This document shows, piece after piece, positions 19,901-29,265 of a stretch of DNA of 64,000 nucleotides. Below the pieces are notes generated by a model, which was not told the origin of the DNA, did no database searches, and saw nothing but the letters and a program-made list of their open reading frames with translations. Source of the stretch: an uncultured Poribacteria bacterium. GTDB taxonomy: Bacteria; Poribacteria; WGA-4E; WGA-3G. Both the position numbers and the translations under genes were made by a program. Positions within the stretch are counted from its first letter, which is position 1; each line of letters begins with the position of its first letter. The stretch is taken from the NCBI GenBank assembly GCA_951813565.1, contig OX638351.1, positions 4,480,001-4,544,000 of the forward strand, written 5' to 3'.

Positions 19901-22882
19901 TATCAAAGCGTTGGGAAACTCAATGATGCAATTCAACTCGCCTTGAAATATATTCAGGATGACGCTGAAAACGGTATACATTACGCTCGGCTCGCGCAAC
20001 TCTACGGTAGCAATGGTCAAATTGAAGACGCTATCACAAATTATAAAAAAGCTATTGAACTTTCACCAGGGGATGCACAAACCTATGAACGATTAGGACG
20101 GCTCTACCTTCGCAACAGTAGACTTGATGATGCTGAAAAAGCATTCAACGAAGCACTCAAATACGTTGCACAGGATGGACAACGACAGAACATTGAGCGA
20201 CAATTGATGCAAATCTATCAGCGTAAAGGGAAACTTGATGAATTTCTAAAAGACGCGGAAGAGCGAGGGGCACTTACCTTTGCTATGCAACAAGAAATCG
20301 CACGTGACCTTGACAGTCAAGGGAAGTTAGATGAAGCCGTCAAGGCTTATGAAAAAGCTCTTCAATTGACAACCGGTGAATGGGAACAACAGAATGTTGA
20401 ACGACAACTGTTATCACTCTATCGACGTCAAGGTAAATTAGAAGAAAAGTTAAAGGAAGCAGAAAAGAATGGCACTCTTACGTTCACTATGCAATTGGAA
20501 CTTGCCCGTCAATATCGTACTAAGGGAGAATCTGAAAAAGCCATCAGTGCCTATAAGGAAGCGCTCAACATGACGTCCAGCAGTTACGAACAAAATAATG
20601 CCTATATGGAACTGATGCAGGAATACGTCCGCCGTGGTGAGAATGATTTGGCAATTGAACTTCATGATGAAATGTATCAACCCAATTCAAATTCCACCAC
20701 TATAGGTAGGGGTCCATCAGGTTTTGATATCAAGTTCGGTGATGATACAGCGCGTGATACTTTAATTAAAGCCTATAAGAAGCAAGGAAAATTGCACCAA
20801 TTGCAGACAATCTTTGAAGAAAAGCTTACAAAGAAGCCTAATGATGCTATCACCCTTGAAATAGTCGGAGAAATATATAGGAAATCCGAAAACCATGAGA
20901 AGGCAGCAGAGACATATCAGGCACTTTGCAAAGCAGAACCGAGTAATGTTCGCAGTTTTTATTACGCTGCTGCCGCACTTAATAAAAGCGGAAAATCAGA
21001 GAAGGCAAAAGAAATGTTAAATCAAGCCACTACTGCACTTACATCAAGTACCCGTAGGAGCGATATGTGGTTACTCTGTGCACTTGGTTCTATCTGTTAT
21101 GAAAGTAAAATGTATACACCTGCGATCAAACTGTTTAAAGACGCTATTGCTGCCAATACGATGCACAGACATGGTGGGTCCAGATGGGAAGAGGAGATAT
21201 TATATGATCTCATCGGGAAAAGTGCACTCGCGACAGAACAGTATGAAGAAGCTGTTGAAGCATATCAACAGTTGAAAAGTATTACCAGCGATAGAAGAAA
21301 AAAAGAGAACGCGGAAAAAGCAATCCAACAAGCATATAGAGACGGAAATCTTCACCAAAAACAGATTCCTGAACAGATTAAGAAAATTGAAGATAACCCA
21401 AACGATGTAGATGCGCGCCTCGCGCTTGCACAAAACTACGAATTAAGTAACAAGATCAAAGAAGCAATCGCGCAATACGAAAAGATTAGCGAACTTCAAC
21501 CTGATAAAGCGCAATGGCACAAAAAAATTGGGGACCTATACGAGGGTTCAACGCAGACAAACAAGCAAGAGAGATTACAAAAAGCGGCCGCAGCTTATCA
21601 AATAGCCATCTCACTTGAACCCGACTCGTATGAACTTTATGACTCGTTGGCAAAAACTCATAAAAATCAAGATAACTTATCAGAAGCCGAAGCCGCATAT
21701 CGTCAAGCCTTAAAAGCTTCTCTCAAACCAGCAGAATATGATTCAGCTGTTAAAGCCATCTTGAAACTTTACGGCGGTAAAGAATATACAGAAAAAAGGC
21801 TTGCCATTCTTAAAGAACTTGGCGAAGAAACCCAAAACAGTCCTTTTCTCCACAAAATGTTAGGCGGTACCTATATTGAATCAGGTGATACGGATAAAGC
21901 AGCGTCTGCATATAGAAAATGGTTAGAAATACTTAAAGATGAACCTAATCAGGGAAAAAACGCAGAGGAATTTTCTCAACTTGCTCAGCATCTTCTGAGT
22001 CAGAATATCATGCCGGAAATTGCATTGGAACTTGCAAAACAAGCAGCTGAAACCCGAACAGATTCAAACTACCTATCAACCCTGGGTCACGCATACCTGG
22101 CGAATGAACAGTATGATAAGGCATTAGAAAATTTACAACACAGCCTTAACCTTATAAATCAGTCTGGAAAAGCCAGCGGAGATAGAATAGAACATTTGCT
22201 TACAGGTATCTCTCAAATAGGTAAGAATGTCAAAGACAAAACACTTTACACGGAAATGATAGGAAAATTGATTGACGTTATACCCGACCAACCAGACAAC
22301 CAGCTAAATGCTAACTTATCATTAGCTGAATTCTGCCGTGAACTCGGAATGATGGACAAATCAAAATCATATATTCTGAAAACGGGCTTTTTCCCCGAAA
22401 CTGCATGGTTAACACTCGGTCCATTCGACAATACAAAAGGTGTCGGATACAACACCGCTTATATCCCAGAAGAAACAACGGAGATAGACACCAATGCAAA
22501 ATATGACGCGGTCTCTGGAAAAGTGACTTGGAAACGGGGAACTGATGATACCTTTGACGGATTTTTTGACTTTAGCAACGGTGAAAATTGGCACACCGCT
22601 TATGCATGGATAACCTTTACCTCACCTGAGGAACGGAAAGCACAAATCCGATTTGATAGTGATGACCAAGGTAAAGTATGGTTGAACGGTAGTAAAGTAT
22701 ATGCACACAGAAGAACTCGTGGCGCACAAATTGACCGGCGAACCATCCCTGTGACACTTATCGCAGGGCAAAACACTATCCTTGTCAAAGTCTGTAATGA
22801 ATTACTACCTTGGGGATTTTATCTTCGAATTACTGATACTGAAGGCAAACCTTTTGATGATTTGAAACTGGTGACCAAATAG
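13904..22882 (+). CDS. Giant secreted tetratricopeptide-repeat protein (2992 aa) with C-terminal beta-sandwich domain
   Basis: Signal peptide (...PIILA-QD), dozens of TPR motifs, C-terminal LGPFDN...SDDQGKVWLNG domain; aggagg RBS. Confidence 0.9.
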   Translation: MFGREKCLIALCVLYLLFSTLLLSPIILAQDETSDAKIIERYKLMLNQKPKEGSTFDRLYQFYLEGDGLEKMVADYQAETQAKPNDPNIQLILGHIYKRLGKDKEALAAYQRTVALAPNNYYAYFALGQLHVTLRQHEDAIRELTKAVTLSEQLQSVSPEELTEIYKALGHAYFSRDKLDDAIQVWKKISELDPQNVFARIELADLFREKELYPQAIAQHQAIIDIKKDDPYRRCLSLREIGKIHEDTGDYEKAREHYDRALDLTATGNWLRKDLQHRIIAIYSADANWTDLITYYQGKLEANPNDPELLGLLAATYIENQQLEEGTDTYRKGLELAPTDSGLRLNLITALRNAEKFEEAAAEYESLSEQQPDDFGIYRELGKLYLELENEDKAKAVYQRMIDRDPQNASTHLTLAEIYTGHEWMENAAAAYQQAISLAPQNLDYIEYFGEFYFRQANRDKAIETWNQMVADDKSTAENYDRLARLLEAKKFPTEAIDASKKAVELMPDAYRFREALAKRLLSNKQYDDALLEYNEAIKLAPNDFFAEQMDDQRIELYRQQGTLVEKIEDAEAQLEKPGLADTDKFTQLKRLAKMYLKLSNNTYALEILLKAKELQPNDISVNRQTANLYVKQGRRDEAIAIYTYLTEIDSTNAREYHANIANAYLKGMDFEAATNAAKQVVAHSPRNPEGHQLLAEIAKQSANYEAAIDSYKQAIRLRPEAIDIRTELAALYNSSGNSRQAIAQYWRCWELSDNISDKLSFIKPLSEAYYDLGRSGELEEKLKQMAKSNTSGVGPVLALGQVYRIEGDLSNARFQLASALDRQRENAELLSQLVDISLDLGDFQEALTYQQRLVKANPDPTHQQKLGELLFDVGREQEAIQAWSKVLHAKNQTLEAEVKLAKLLIRHGLLEEALFALDSAAEKISGKDAHLALYQIGATLVEINEAERAMPHFQRILAMPEPGSDTTLTATTNNTTTSVRSAIYRPPGVNTNKLTLPQNILNRIQRQPYGYTTAQAWSPSSFEEAQAGALVQLKIFMEEEGKLNELVEQFEKNANDNPKDVQTLEQLAQLYVLTGKREKSEQITERLIAVSPNNPAYQGMQMNLLQTQEKLNYDTLMEQLEELAWLAPEARQWYMADFARRFNNQGQKEDAGKLLDDLAKIKVITPNIFSMLVETFVQMGRTDEAEKMIAQFSATATPQLSQQYSRIYQTLAATYLRGGNIDKAIALYWQYFERTKPRITNPRRTQALGRSNYSFGGYAAIQSNFPAPTTYYSQNRLEFLQQIFNQLWVNNQQQALYTILQAKLEAAEGRDRIYPALAMCYCYWWENKRDTALGILAGLQKEFSDDLTLKLNTVLVSIQAGEHKTALELLENLADADPRNRRQYYDLTLQVAVHVGDTLIVRDLITKVLNSPSSVRELFRFSQKLQQNGLTQYAIAVAKKTMTLAMRERDANLLVQLSEHLAQLGRGQDAARIAARAIHFANQRDRYGRTLYPWQFQQAARLASRSMSGGNRAAKLIEAAEKNPNSFQTQIRLASFYEGRNQINKASEAFEAALALRPKDYTTRMRYAQMLQRNRQSKKAVTQYSILLKEKNNINAVYSNYWEVVRTFIQAREVDKLVTLAKELIDLDTQYSRGNDFARQAAEECIRNKNYKAAIQIYEKFIESDKTNMYLQLADAYTSAGERDKAIQLLRQKLQTVTPDAQVSIILKLSKFDETEEEIKALAAKYDGKISNEKIDPPSLYLAAIAKIVTNDLEGSDAIVEKLLEHAPLSLRQRWLNTVADTYKAEGDIDREIRTLEATIQNIDLQNYWQLSDTYRKLGTAYSQKGEKEKAQNAILKMGTLRLMMRRGAPQYYEKENVAQTYIKHELWDEAEILLTEVINDLAAQQYYKERAQEQLMTIKQRRDGVAGNQLSTPKTAGMNIGVQRSIAQQHMRRNQISEAIEIYEQIAKAMPIDLESRAQLAGLYSRQNQHEKALKTWQGLLEADPENTRYQDGIIKAYQSVGKLNDAIQLALKYIQDDAENGIHYARLAQLYGSNGQIEDAITNYKKAIELSPGDAQTYERLGRLYLRNSRLDDAEKAFNEALKYVAQDGQRQNIERQLMQIYQRKGKLDEFLKDAEERGALTFAMQQEIARDLDSQGKLDEAVKAYEKALQLTTGEWEQQNVERQLLSLYRRQGKLEEKLKEAEKNGTLTFTMQLELARQYRTKGESEKAISAYKEALNMTSSSYEQNNAYMELMQEYVRRGENDLAIELHDEMYQPNSNSTTIGRGPSGFDIKFGDDTARDTLIKAYKKQGKLHQLQTIFEEKLTKKPNDAITLEIVGEIYRKSENHEKAAETYQALCKAEPSNVRSFYYAAAALNKSGKSEKAKEMLNQATTALTSSTRRSDMWLLCALGSICYESKMYTPAIKLFKDAIAANTMHRHGGSRWEEEILYDLIGKSALATEQYEEAVEAYQQLKSITSDRRKKENAEKAIQQAYRDGNLHQKQIPEQIKKIEDNPNDVDARLALAQNYELSNKIKEAIAQYEKISELQPDKAQWHKKIGDLYEGSTQTNKQERLQKAAAAYQIAISLEPDSYELYDSLAKTHKNQDNLSEAEAAYRQALKASLKPAEYDSAVKAILKLYGGKEYTEKRLAILKELGEETQNSPFLHKMLGGTYIESGDTDKAASAYRKWLEILKDEPNQGKNAEEFSQLAQHLLSQNIMPEIALELAKQAAETRTDSNYLSTLGHAYLANEQYDKALENLQHSLNLINQSGKASGDRIEHLLTGISQIGKNVKDKTLYTEMIGKLIDVIPDQPDNQLNANLSLAEFCRELGMMDKSKSYILKTGFFPETAWLTLGPFDNTKGVGYNTAYIPEETTEIDTNAKYDAVSGKVTWKRGTDDTFDGFFDFSNGENWHTAYAWITFTSPEERKAQIRFDSDDQGKVWLNGSKVYAHRRTRGAQIDRRTIPVTLIAGQNTILVKVCNELLPWGFYLRITDTEGKPFDDLKLVTK

Positions 22883-23213
22883 TAAATTCAACGTAGAAAT
22901 GCTTGGCAACATAATCCGTTCTTTACTTCAAGTTTACAGTAAAAAAGTTATACCATTTCTAATATATAATGTGTCATTTGCTGGAATATCTTGTCCGAGC
23001 GACCTCGAATCAACGCCAAATGCGCTTGGCAGCATACGCCAAATCAACGGTATGAATCATGGCGAATGCCATACGGGGAATGCCAAAAGGCATTCATACC
23101 GTTGATTTGGCGCATTCGTCTTTAGGCATTCCCCGTATGATATGCTGCATGATTTGTCGGGTCGCGACCAATAGGTCGCTCCTACAAGAACATCTCAATA
23201 ATGGCATCTTATT

Positions 23214-23327
23214 TATAGTAAAATTCACAATTACCTTTACATTGGCGAGGTTAGGAAACCTCGCCAGCGCATGCGTGTGGGAATTGCTGTTCACTGAAAT
23301 GTGAACATATTATTGGATTTTACTATA
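23214..23327. mobile_element. 114-bp MITE (TATAGTAAAAT ends) with internal GGCGAGGTTAGGAAACCTCGCC hairpin
   Basis: Terminal IRs; near-identical inverted copy at 39909-40022. Confidence 0.75.
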
Positions 23328-23372
23328 ATAGAAATGGTATTAGATCTTACTCACTATGAGTTCAAGAACTGT

Positions 23373-26300
23373 TTATTGATCTGCCGAATCGTCAAGTGAA
23401 AAGCGGAGTACGCCCTTTCCTGCCGTTCCCACATAGAGGGTGTCTGCATCAACGTCAAAAGAAAAAACAAAATGTGGGATTTCTGGCGTTACTTGTTGCC
23501 ACTTGCCAGTGTCCATGCTCAATTGATATATTTTATGGTTATATTCGCCGTAAACCGTTGTGTCATCGACTGCCAATCTTTTCATAGCGAGAGGTGTTCC
23601 TTCGCCGTCAGTGAGTGTGTGCCAATCAGTTCCGTTGCCTGAACGGACAACGCCTTTGTCAGTTGCCACATAGACAAAGTTTCCAGCGAAGACTATATTC
23701 TTGAAATGGTCTACAGGAAACGGCAGATTTGCAGTGACATCGTTCCACGTGTTTCCTTCATCAACAGATCGCATGAGACGACCATCCAATTTCCCGACGT
23801 AAACAGTACTTCCCAAAACAGCAAGTTTAAAACCGACAGCAAGTTTAGAACGGATAGATTCTAAAGTAACAACTTCGCCAGATTCAAAACTAACACCTTC
23901 ATCTAATATGCCCGTGTCCGACCATTCAGCTATGCTTGGTTCCAATTTGAAGAGTTTGTGCATGTATTCCACATAGTATGTTCCGTCGTTAACAGCAAAA
24001 CATCCAAGCATTGAAGTATAAATACTACCCTTTCCTTGTGTCACAGATCTTATAGGTCTCCTATGAGTAGTATTCATTTCCTCCAATTCTTCCAATGCTT
24101 TGTGTGGGTCATATACATTAAAGGCGGGTACTTTAGAAGCGTCAATGAGTCTATTATCTTTGGTAGATAAACGGTAAAACCGAGGTGTCCCAATTTTATC
24201 GTCTCTCACATATAGTTGCCCATTAGATTGCGCAATACGTGTGATATAACCAGTATCGCCTGGAACAGGTGTCCACGATTCTCCACCATCAGCTGAACTG
24301 AGAAGTCCACCATTCGACTGCGCGTAGAGGACACCGTTAACAGCAATCAATTCACTGATATATGTATTTACGAATCCAGTATTGAATTGATGCCACGTTT
24401 TTCCTCTATCTGTGGTGCGATAAATTCCCAATCTTCCAGATACTCCGAATTTTCCAGATACATAGAAAGTATTCTCATTTAACGATGCCAAACCAGAAGT
24501 CTCACCTATATTATCCGTTTTGTCTGAGGTTCTCCAAGTTTCACCTGCATTGATAGAATAGAAGCATTTCTCACCCTCAATCAATATCACCGTTTCCCCC
24601 GCTGCAGACATTTTGAAGGTAGTATTCACTTGTGTCCTAAAGGGAACATCGCCTTCATTCTGGCGCGGTGGAGATATATTGGACAATTTAACCTTCTGCT
24701 GTGGTTTATTCTTTATATTCTTCTCGTCTGGCGTTATTGCATGCCATGAATCGCCCCGGTCATCTGTACGAAAAAGAGACCACACGTATAGTTGTTTTAG
24801 CTGCTTAATTTCCAATTCCGTCGGTATTGTACTAGTAAAAGAGATAGTTGCATTAAGTGGAACATAACCAGATCCAAGAAAACTTTTCTTTGTCACAACA
24901 TAGAGACGGTTATCTGTAACTGACATTGCAATAATAGGTAGCGTGTTTCCTTTCGTATCTGCTTGAACGATGGACAATTGTTCCCATTTATCGGCGTTAA
25001 GACGATAAAGTCCTTTGTCAGTACCGACAAAAACAGTATTTCCTACATTAGTGATTACGCCAACTTGTCTATCGTTGATACCTTCGGGCAATGGTGTCCA
25101 TGAATTGCCAGCGTTATCTGATCGAAATACGCCTTTCTTGTAAGCAAGGTAAATCGTCATATCACTTTGTCCACCTGGTATTTTATCCGTTATGACCATG
25201 CTGACAAGTTCACCTTTTATACACTCACAAAATTCTTTCCATGTCACGCCTCTATCTGTAGAAGCAAAAATCTTTGAATCAATAGCACGGTAGAGCGTAT
25301 TCTGCCACTCTGCTACATGCCGAAATGCATTCCTTCCCATTGCTGCATAACGCGAGGAATCTTTGATAGTGTTTATGAGTTTCCACGACTGTCCATTATC
25401 TGTGAGTCTGTAGAGACCGCTTTTTGAGAGACTGCTTTTTGCCGTTGCATACACGTCACCACGGTTTGTTGTGAATAAGGTAGCAACTATGCCACCCTCG
25501 GGACCTTTGGGATCACTCCATTGTCGTTTCGATTTTGAAATTTCTATGTCATCTATCTGTGCTGCAGCGAACAGTGGCGCGTCCGGTTTTTGCCCTATTC
25601 CTTCGGGACTACCAGTTACATCAGATTTCCCGACTTGAGTCCGCACCGCTGGTTTTGCTGGCATGTCAATGACAAGTTGTGTCTCTGTTATTTCAATCTT
25701 CGGTTCAGATTGTGCGTTTAAGCTATACGGTCTCTGAAAACGAATCAGATTTTGCGCCCCAACTCCCATTAACATTACCATTAAAATGGCAGCGGCAGCG
25801 GAAACTGCCAATGGCACCAGAGGTTTATTGCCTGAAGGTGCTACCGGTTTTAGACGTGAAATTTCCTTCATGATATTCTCTGTCATTTGTGTTGGCAGTT
25901 GGAAACTGCTAAGATTTTCTTGAATCACTGCTTCCTCCTTCTTTAAGCGTTCCCGGGCGCGATGCAGCCGACTTTTAACCGTGTTCGGCGATACACCCAA
26001 AAACTTACCGATCTCTTCACATGTTAAACCTGCAAGGTAGTGCATCGTTACCACTGTCCGTTCACTTTCTCGGAGTTTATTGAGCAGCTTCCGAACAATT
26101 GCTCGCTGATTTTGATTCGCTGCTTCTTCACGTTGACGAGACGTATATTCGGAATAATACACCTCTTCTAATTCCATTGGGTCTGTCTCCTCCAGAGATT
26201 GTAGTTTCGGTTTTTTCTTTCGGTGCCACATGTTACACTTATTACTGGTAATGACATAGAGCCATCCAGCAAATCGGTTGTGATGTGTGAGGGTTGAAAG

Positions 26301-26477
26301 TTTTTGATACGCTGTGATGAAAGCATCTTGTGTTATCTCTTGCGCAATATGGAAATCACCAATTTTCTGCCACGCCAGCGCGTGTATCTGTTCTTGGTAT
26401 TTTTCTACAAGTGCAGCAAAGGCGTGTTGATCACCTTCAAGTGTGCGTTCAATCAACTCAGCATCATTATGTTTCAT
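23373..26477 (-). CDS. ECF sigma-70 factor fused to TM helix and extracellular BNR/Asp-box beta-propeller
   Basis: Sigma2 (AQEITQDAFI.AY..L...RFAGWL), sigma4 (GLTCEEIG..LG.S.NTVKSRLHRAR), TM VPLAVSAAAAILMVMLMGV, repeated (S/T)xDxGx(T/S)W Asp-boxes. Confidence 0.88.
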   Translation of the reverse strand: MKHNDAELIERTLEGDQHAFAALVEKYQEQIHALAWQKIGDFHIAQEITQDAFITAYQKLSTLTHHNRFAGWLYVITSNKCNMWHRKKKPKLQSLEETDPMELEEVYYSEYTSRQREEAANQNQRAIVRKLLNKLRESERTVVTMHYLAGLTCEEIGKFLGVSPNTVKSRLHRARERLKKEEAVIQENLSSFQLPTQMTENIMKEISRLKPVAPSGNKPLVPLAVSAAAAILMVMLMGVGAQNLIRFQRPYSLNAQSEPKIEITETQLVIDMPAKPAVRTQVGKSDVTGSPEGIGQKPDAPLFAAAQIDDIEISKSKRQWSDPKGPEGGIVATLFTTNRGDVYATAKSSLSKSGLYRLTDNGQSWKLINTIKDSSRYAAMGRNAFRHVAEWQNTLYRAIDSKIFASTDRGVTWKEFCECIKGELVSMVITDKIPGGQSDMTIYLAYKKGVFRSDNAGNSWTPLPEGINDRQVGVITNVGNTVFVGTDKGLYRLNADKWEQLSIVQADTKGNTLPIIAMSVTDNRLYVVTKKSFLGSGYVPLNATISFTSTIPTELEIKQLKQLYVWSLFRTDDRGDSWHAITPDEKNIKNKPQQKVKLSNISPPRQNEGDVPFRTQVNTTFKMSAAGETVILIEGEKCFYSINAGETWRTSDKTDNIGETSGLASLNENTFYVSGKFGVSGRLGIYRTTDRGKTWHQFNTGFVNTYISELIAVNGVLYAQSNGGLLSSADGGESWTPVPGDTGYITRIAQSNGQLYVRDDKIGTPRFYRLSTKDNRLIDASKVPAFNVYDPHKALEELEEMNTTHRRPIRSVTQGKGSIYTSMLGCFAVNDGTYYVEYMHKLFKLEPSIAEWSDTGILDEGVSFESGEVVTLESIRSKLAVGFKLAVLGSTVYVGKLDGRLMRSVDEGNTWNDVTANLPFPVDHFKNIVFAGNFVYVATDKGVVRSGNGTDWHTLTDGEGTPLAMKRLAVDDTTVYGEYNHKIYQLSMDTGKWQQVTPEIPHFVFSFDVDADTLYVGTAGKGVLRFSLDDSADQ

Positions 26478-26513
26478 GGAACACCTCACAAATAGACTAA
26501 TCTTTTAATATAA

Positions 26514-26541
26514 AGATGCTATTTGGCTTATGAAGGTTGCA
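26514..26541 (-). promoter_or_regulatory. Putative ECF-type (autoregulatory) promoter
   Basis: Minus strand TGCAACC-N16-CATCT about 40 bp upstream of the sigma fusion start. Confidence 0.4.
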
Positions 26542-26693
26542 TTTATCAGAAAAAAGTACGTGATTGAAAAAGGAAGACTAATTTTGCGCAGTTCCCAATA
26601 ACAAAAAGATCTTGAGGAAATTGGTTTATTGGGAGTTATGCCTTAAAATGATAGCATATAATTGGACGATTGCCAACTATAGAAAATCACGGA

Positions 26694-28152
26694 GGGTGCG
26701 TAAAGTTTTGGTTATAAGTGTCATGCTGCCTGTGGGAGTTCATTCCAATATTTGTCCCAGTCCCCATTTTTCACTAAACACCGTAAGGCAAGCACCGGGT
26801 TGATACCTTTCTCTTTCCACCTCATAGCAGCTTGTGGACACCTTTGTCCGACAACATGTGGACAGGCACTCTCAATCACACCACTCCCGATTTGATACCC
26901 TTTTTCCCGAAACTTTTTATACCGCGGACGAGCAGCGTGTTTTTCAAAATACCGTGCTTCTCTTTCGAAAATATCCGATACTTCCGGGTGCTGTGTGCCT
27001 AAGCCACGAATGCGTGCGGCTACTTCTGTAATGTTGCCATCATAAAGGATAGGTTCTGTCGTTTTTACCCAGTCTTGTATCGCCTCTGTTTCAGTCTCTC
27101 CGAACGCAACTTTAGCAACATCGGACAGATGAGATTTCGCGTGCTTGTAATCCACAATCTCAACAGCATTGGGAAAGTATTCATCTGCTAAGTTCCAAAT
27201 CCACGCAGCACCATCACCAAGAAACACAATCTCTTGCGTATCAATAGCTTCTTGGTAGATGCCACTATTGGTTGCTAACGCATATAACTCCTTACCAAAA
27301 TGTGCCGCATCATTACGCGTTGCAACATAACGGATACTTGTCTCTCTCGCACTTGACACCGCATCAGAACCACATTGTGGATAATCTCTGTAAACACAAC
27401 CGACTTTTGTCTCTTTCCACCCATCAGTAGAGTTGGTGTAGCATCCATCACAACTTACATACCAACGCTGATTAGCCGCAAGTATTTGCGGTTCAACTTG
27501 TGCTGACACGCTCAAGTCTGACGACCACTCAAGCACTTTTTCGCGCACTATCGTATGGCTCACTTCTATCCCTTGAAAAGCCAACGCTTTCGCAGCAGCT
27601 CTATAGTCAAGAAGGGCAGACAGACGACACATCGCTTCAGCAACACGACGCGTGTATTGACCCAATAACTTCTGTTTGACCTCCCACGGCGCGTGACGAT
27701 GTCCTTGTTCACAACAATACACCCAACGATTTACGCTTGTTTTTCCACAAAGTGTTGTGAAATAACGCGCACGCATACGCAATGGACGACAAAGTTCTTG
27801 ACACGCTGGACATTCAACTGGTTCACGCTCTTTCTTATTTGACTTTTTAGAAACACACATTTCTAAAAACTTTTGTTTAAAAGAACAAAATGCTTCGGAA
27901 ACACGGACTTCAACATCACCTAAAGATAAACCCTCGTCAGAATTGATGTCTACATAAAGATCGTTGATCTCTTTTACAAACTCGTTAAAATCTGCTTTGT
28001 AATCGTTGCCTTCACAAGGACTTAATGATATACTTGGCATTGGTATCCTCTCCTATAATAGTGTGATAATTATTAGGGTAGGATACCAGTTATATACATT
28101 TTCTACAAGAACTCCATTCATTTCAATTTCATGCCAAAAACTTTACACACCC
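26694..28152 (-). mobile_element. ISKra4/ISLre2-like (p-MULE) insertion sequence
   Basis: IRs gggtgcgtaaagttttgg (26694) and ccaaaaactttacacaccc (to 28152) flanking transposase; no obvious TSD. Confidence 0.8.
26721..28040 (-). CDS. ISKra4/UPF0236-type DDE transposase
   Basis: CPAC Zn knuckle, CDG, LGDGAAWIW, DYKHAKSHL, IGSGVIES, MRW. Confidence 0.85.
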   Translation of the reverse strand: MPSISLSPCEGNDYKADFNEFVKEINDLYVDINSDEGLSLGDVEVRVSEAFCSFKQKFLEMCVSKKSNKKEREPVECPACQELCRPLRMRARYFTTLCGKTSVNRWVYCCEQGHRHAPWEVKQKLLGQYTRRVAEAMCRLSALLDYRAAAKALAFQGIEVSHTIVREKVLEWSSDLSVSAQVEPQILAANQRWYVSCDGCYTNSTDGWKETKVGCVYRDYPQCGSDAVSSARETSIRYVATRNDAAHFGKELYALATNSGIYQEAIDTQEIVFLGDGAAWIWNLADEYFPNAVEIVDYKHAKSHLSDVAKVAFGETETEAIQDWVKTTEPILYDGNITEVAARIRGLGTQHPEVSDIFEREARYFEKHAARPRYKKFREKGYQIGSGVIESACPHVVGQRCPQAAMRWKEKGINPVLALRCLVKNGDWDKYWNELPQAA

Positions 28153-28168
28153 ATCCTCTTCCTATCGC

Positions 28169-28197
28169 TTGACCAATTTCCTTTTATACGGTATAGT
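28169..28197 (+). promoter_or_regulatory. Putative sigma70 promoter
   Basis: TTGACC-N17-TATAGT upstream of 28247 gene. Confidence 0.5.
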
Positions 28198-28246
28198 ACA
28201 ACAAACCGAAAATAAGAATAGATATTCTCACATTAAACGGAAACTT

Positions 28247-29239
28247 ATGAAAACAGAATCTAAAAAACCTGTTCGATGGGGAATTCTCAGCACAGCGAAT
28301 ATAGCTACCAAGGTTGCTCGCGCAATTAATATCGCTGAAAATGCAGAATTGGTTGCCGTAGCAAGTCGCACTGAAGAACGTGCTTCTGCATGGGCACAAA
28401 AACACAATGTTCCAATCGCCTATGGCAACTATGACGCCCTCCTCTCTGATTCATCCTTAGATGCAATTTACATTCCACTTCCACCTTCAATGCACGCTGA
28501 ATGGACAATCAGGGCAGCAGAACACGGTAAACATGTCCTTTGCGAGAAACCACTTTCCGCGAACTCTGATGAAGCAACTGTAATGGCAGATGCTTGTCAA
28601 CAAAATGGCGTGCAACTGATGGACGGTGTTATGTGGGTGCATCATGAACGCACTAATATGATGAAGCAAGAACTGACAAGTTTAGGAAAACTGCGGCGAG
28701 TCACAGCCGCCTTCACATTCAATTGGAGGACAATTCCAACCAATAATATCCGTGCTAAGTCGGAACTCGCGGGTGGTAGTCTCGGAGACCTTGGCTACTA
28801 TTGCGTCCGCGCGATTCTGTGGGCTTTTGAGGAGATGCCGACAAAAGTATACGCTACAGCGCGCTACAAAGTTGGTGTTGATTTCAACCTTGCTGGTATT
28901 CTTTGGTTTCAAGATGATCGCATTGCTACTTTAGATTGTGGGTTTGATACAAGTCACCGAAAGTGGTTTGAGGTCGCTGGAACAAATGCCTCTTTAGTTT
29001 GTGATGATTTCACCGTGCCAACATCGGAAGAATCATCTCGGTTTTGGATACATGGATCGGAAAATGAAAAGCACGAAACAGGTGCTTGCATTCAGGAAGT
29101 CAAAATGATTGAACGGTTTTCGGGAATTGTGAAATCTGAAAACCTTGAGCCAGAATGGGCAGATGTTGCAGTAAACACGATGCGAGTTTGTGATGCGTTG
29201 CTTGAATCTGATCGACAGGGAAAAATTATAGACCTTTAA
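28247..29239 (+). CDS. Gfo/Idh/MocA family oxidoreductase
   Basis: VRWGILSTANIA, HVLCEKP, GGSLGDLGYY. Confidence 0.9.
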   Translation: MKTESKKPVRWGILSTANIATKVARAINIAENAELVAVASRTEERASAWAQKHNVPIAYGNYDALLSDSSLDAIYIPLPPSMHAEWTIRAAEHGKHVLCEKPLSANSDEATVMADACQQNGVQLMDGVMWVHHERTNMMKQELTSLGKLRRVTAAFTFNWRTIPTNNIRAKSELAGGSLGDLGYYCVRAILWAFEEMPTKVYATARYKVGVDFNLAGILWFQDDRIATLDCGFDTSHRKWFEVAGTNASLVCDDFTVPTSEESSRFWIHGSENEKHETGACIQEVKMIERFSGIVKSENLEPEWADVAVNTMRVCDALLESDRQGKIIDL

Positions 29240-29265
29240 TCAGAAAACGTATTCCAAGGAGTTCT

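Noticed and set aside
5577..22882. Diversity-generating retroelement (shared C-terminal region as VR/TR)
   Set aside because: Both copies are coding and diverged at all base types; no reverse transcriptase in the window
22899..23304. Short ORFs in repeat regions (also 39932-40138, 43205-43453, 52411-53196)
   Set aside because: They are translations of MITE/REP-like repeats recurring on both strands
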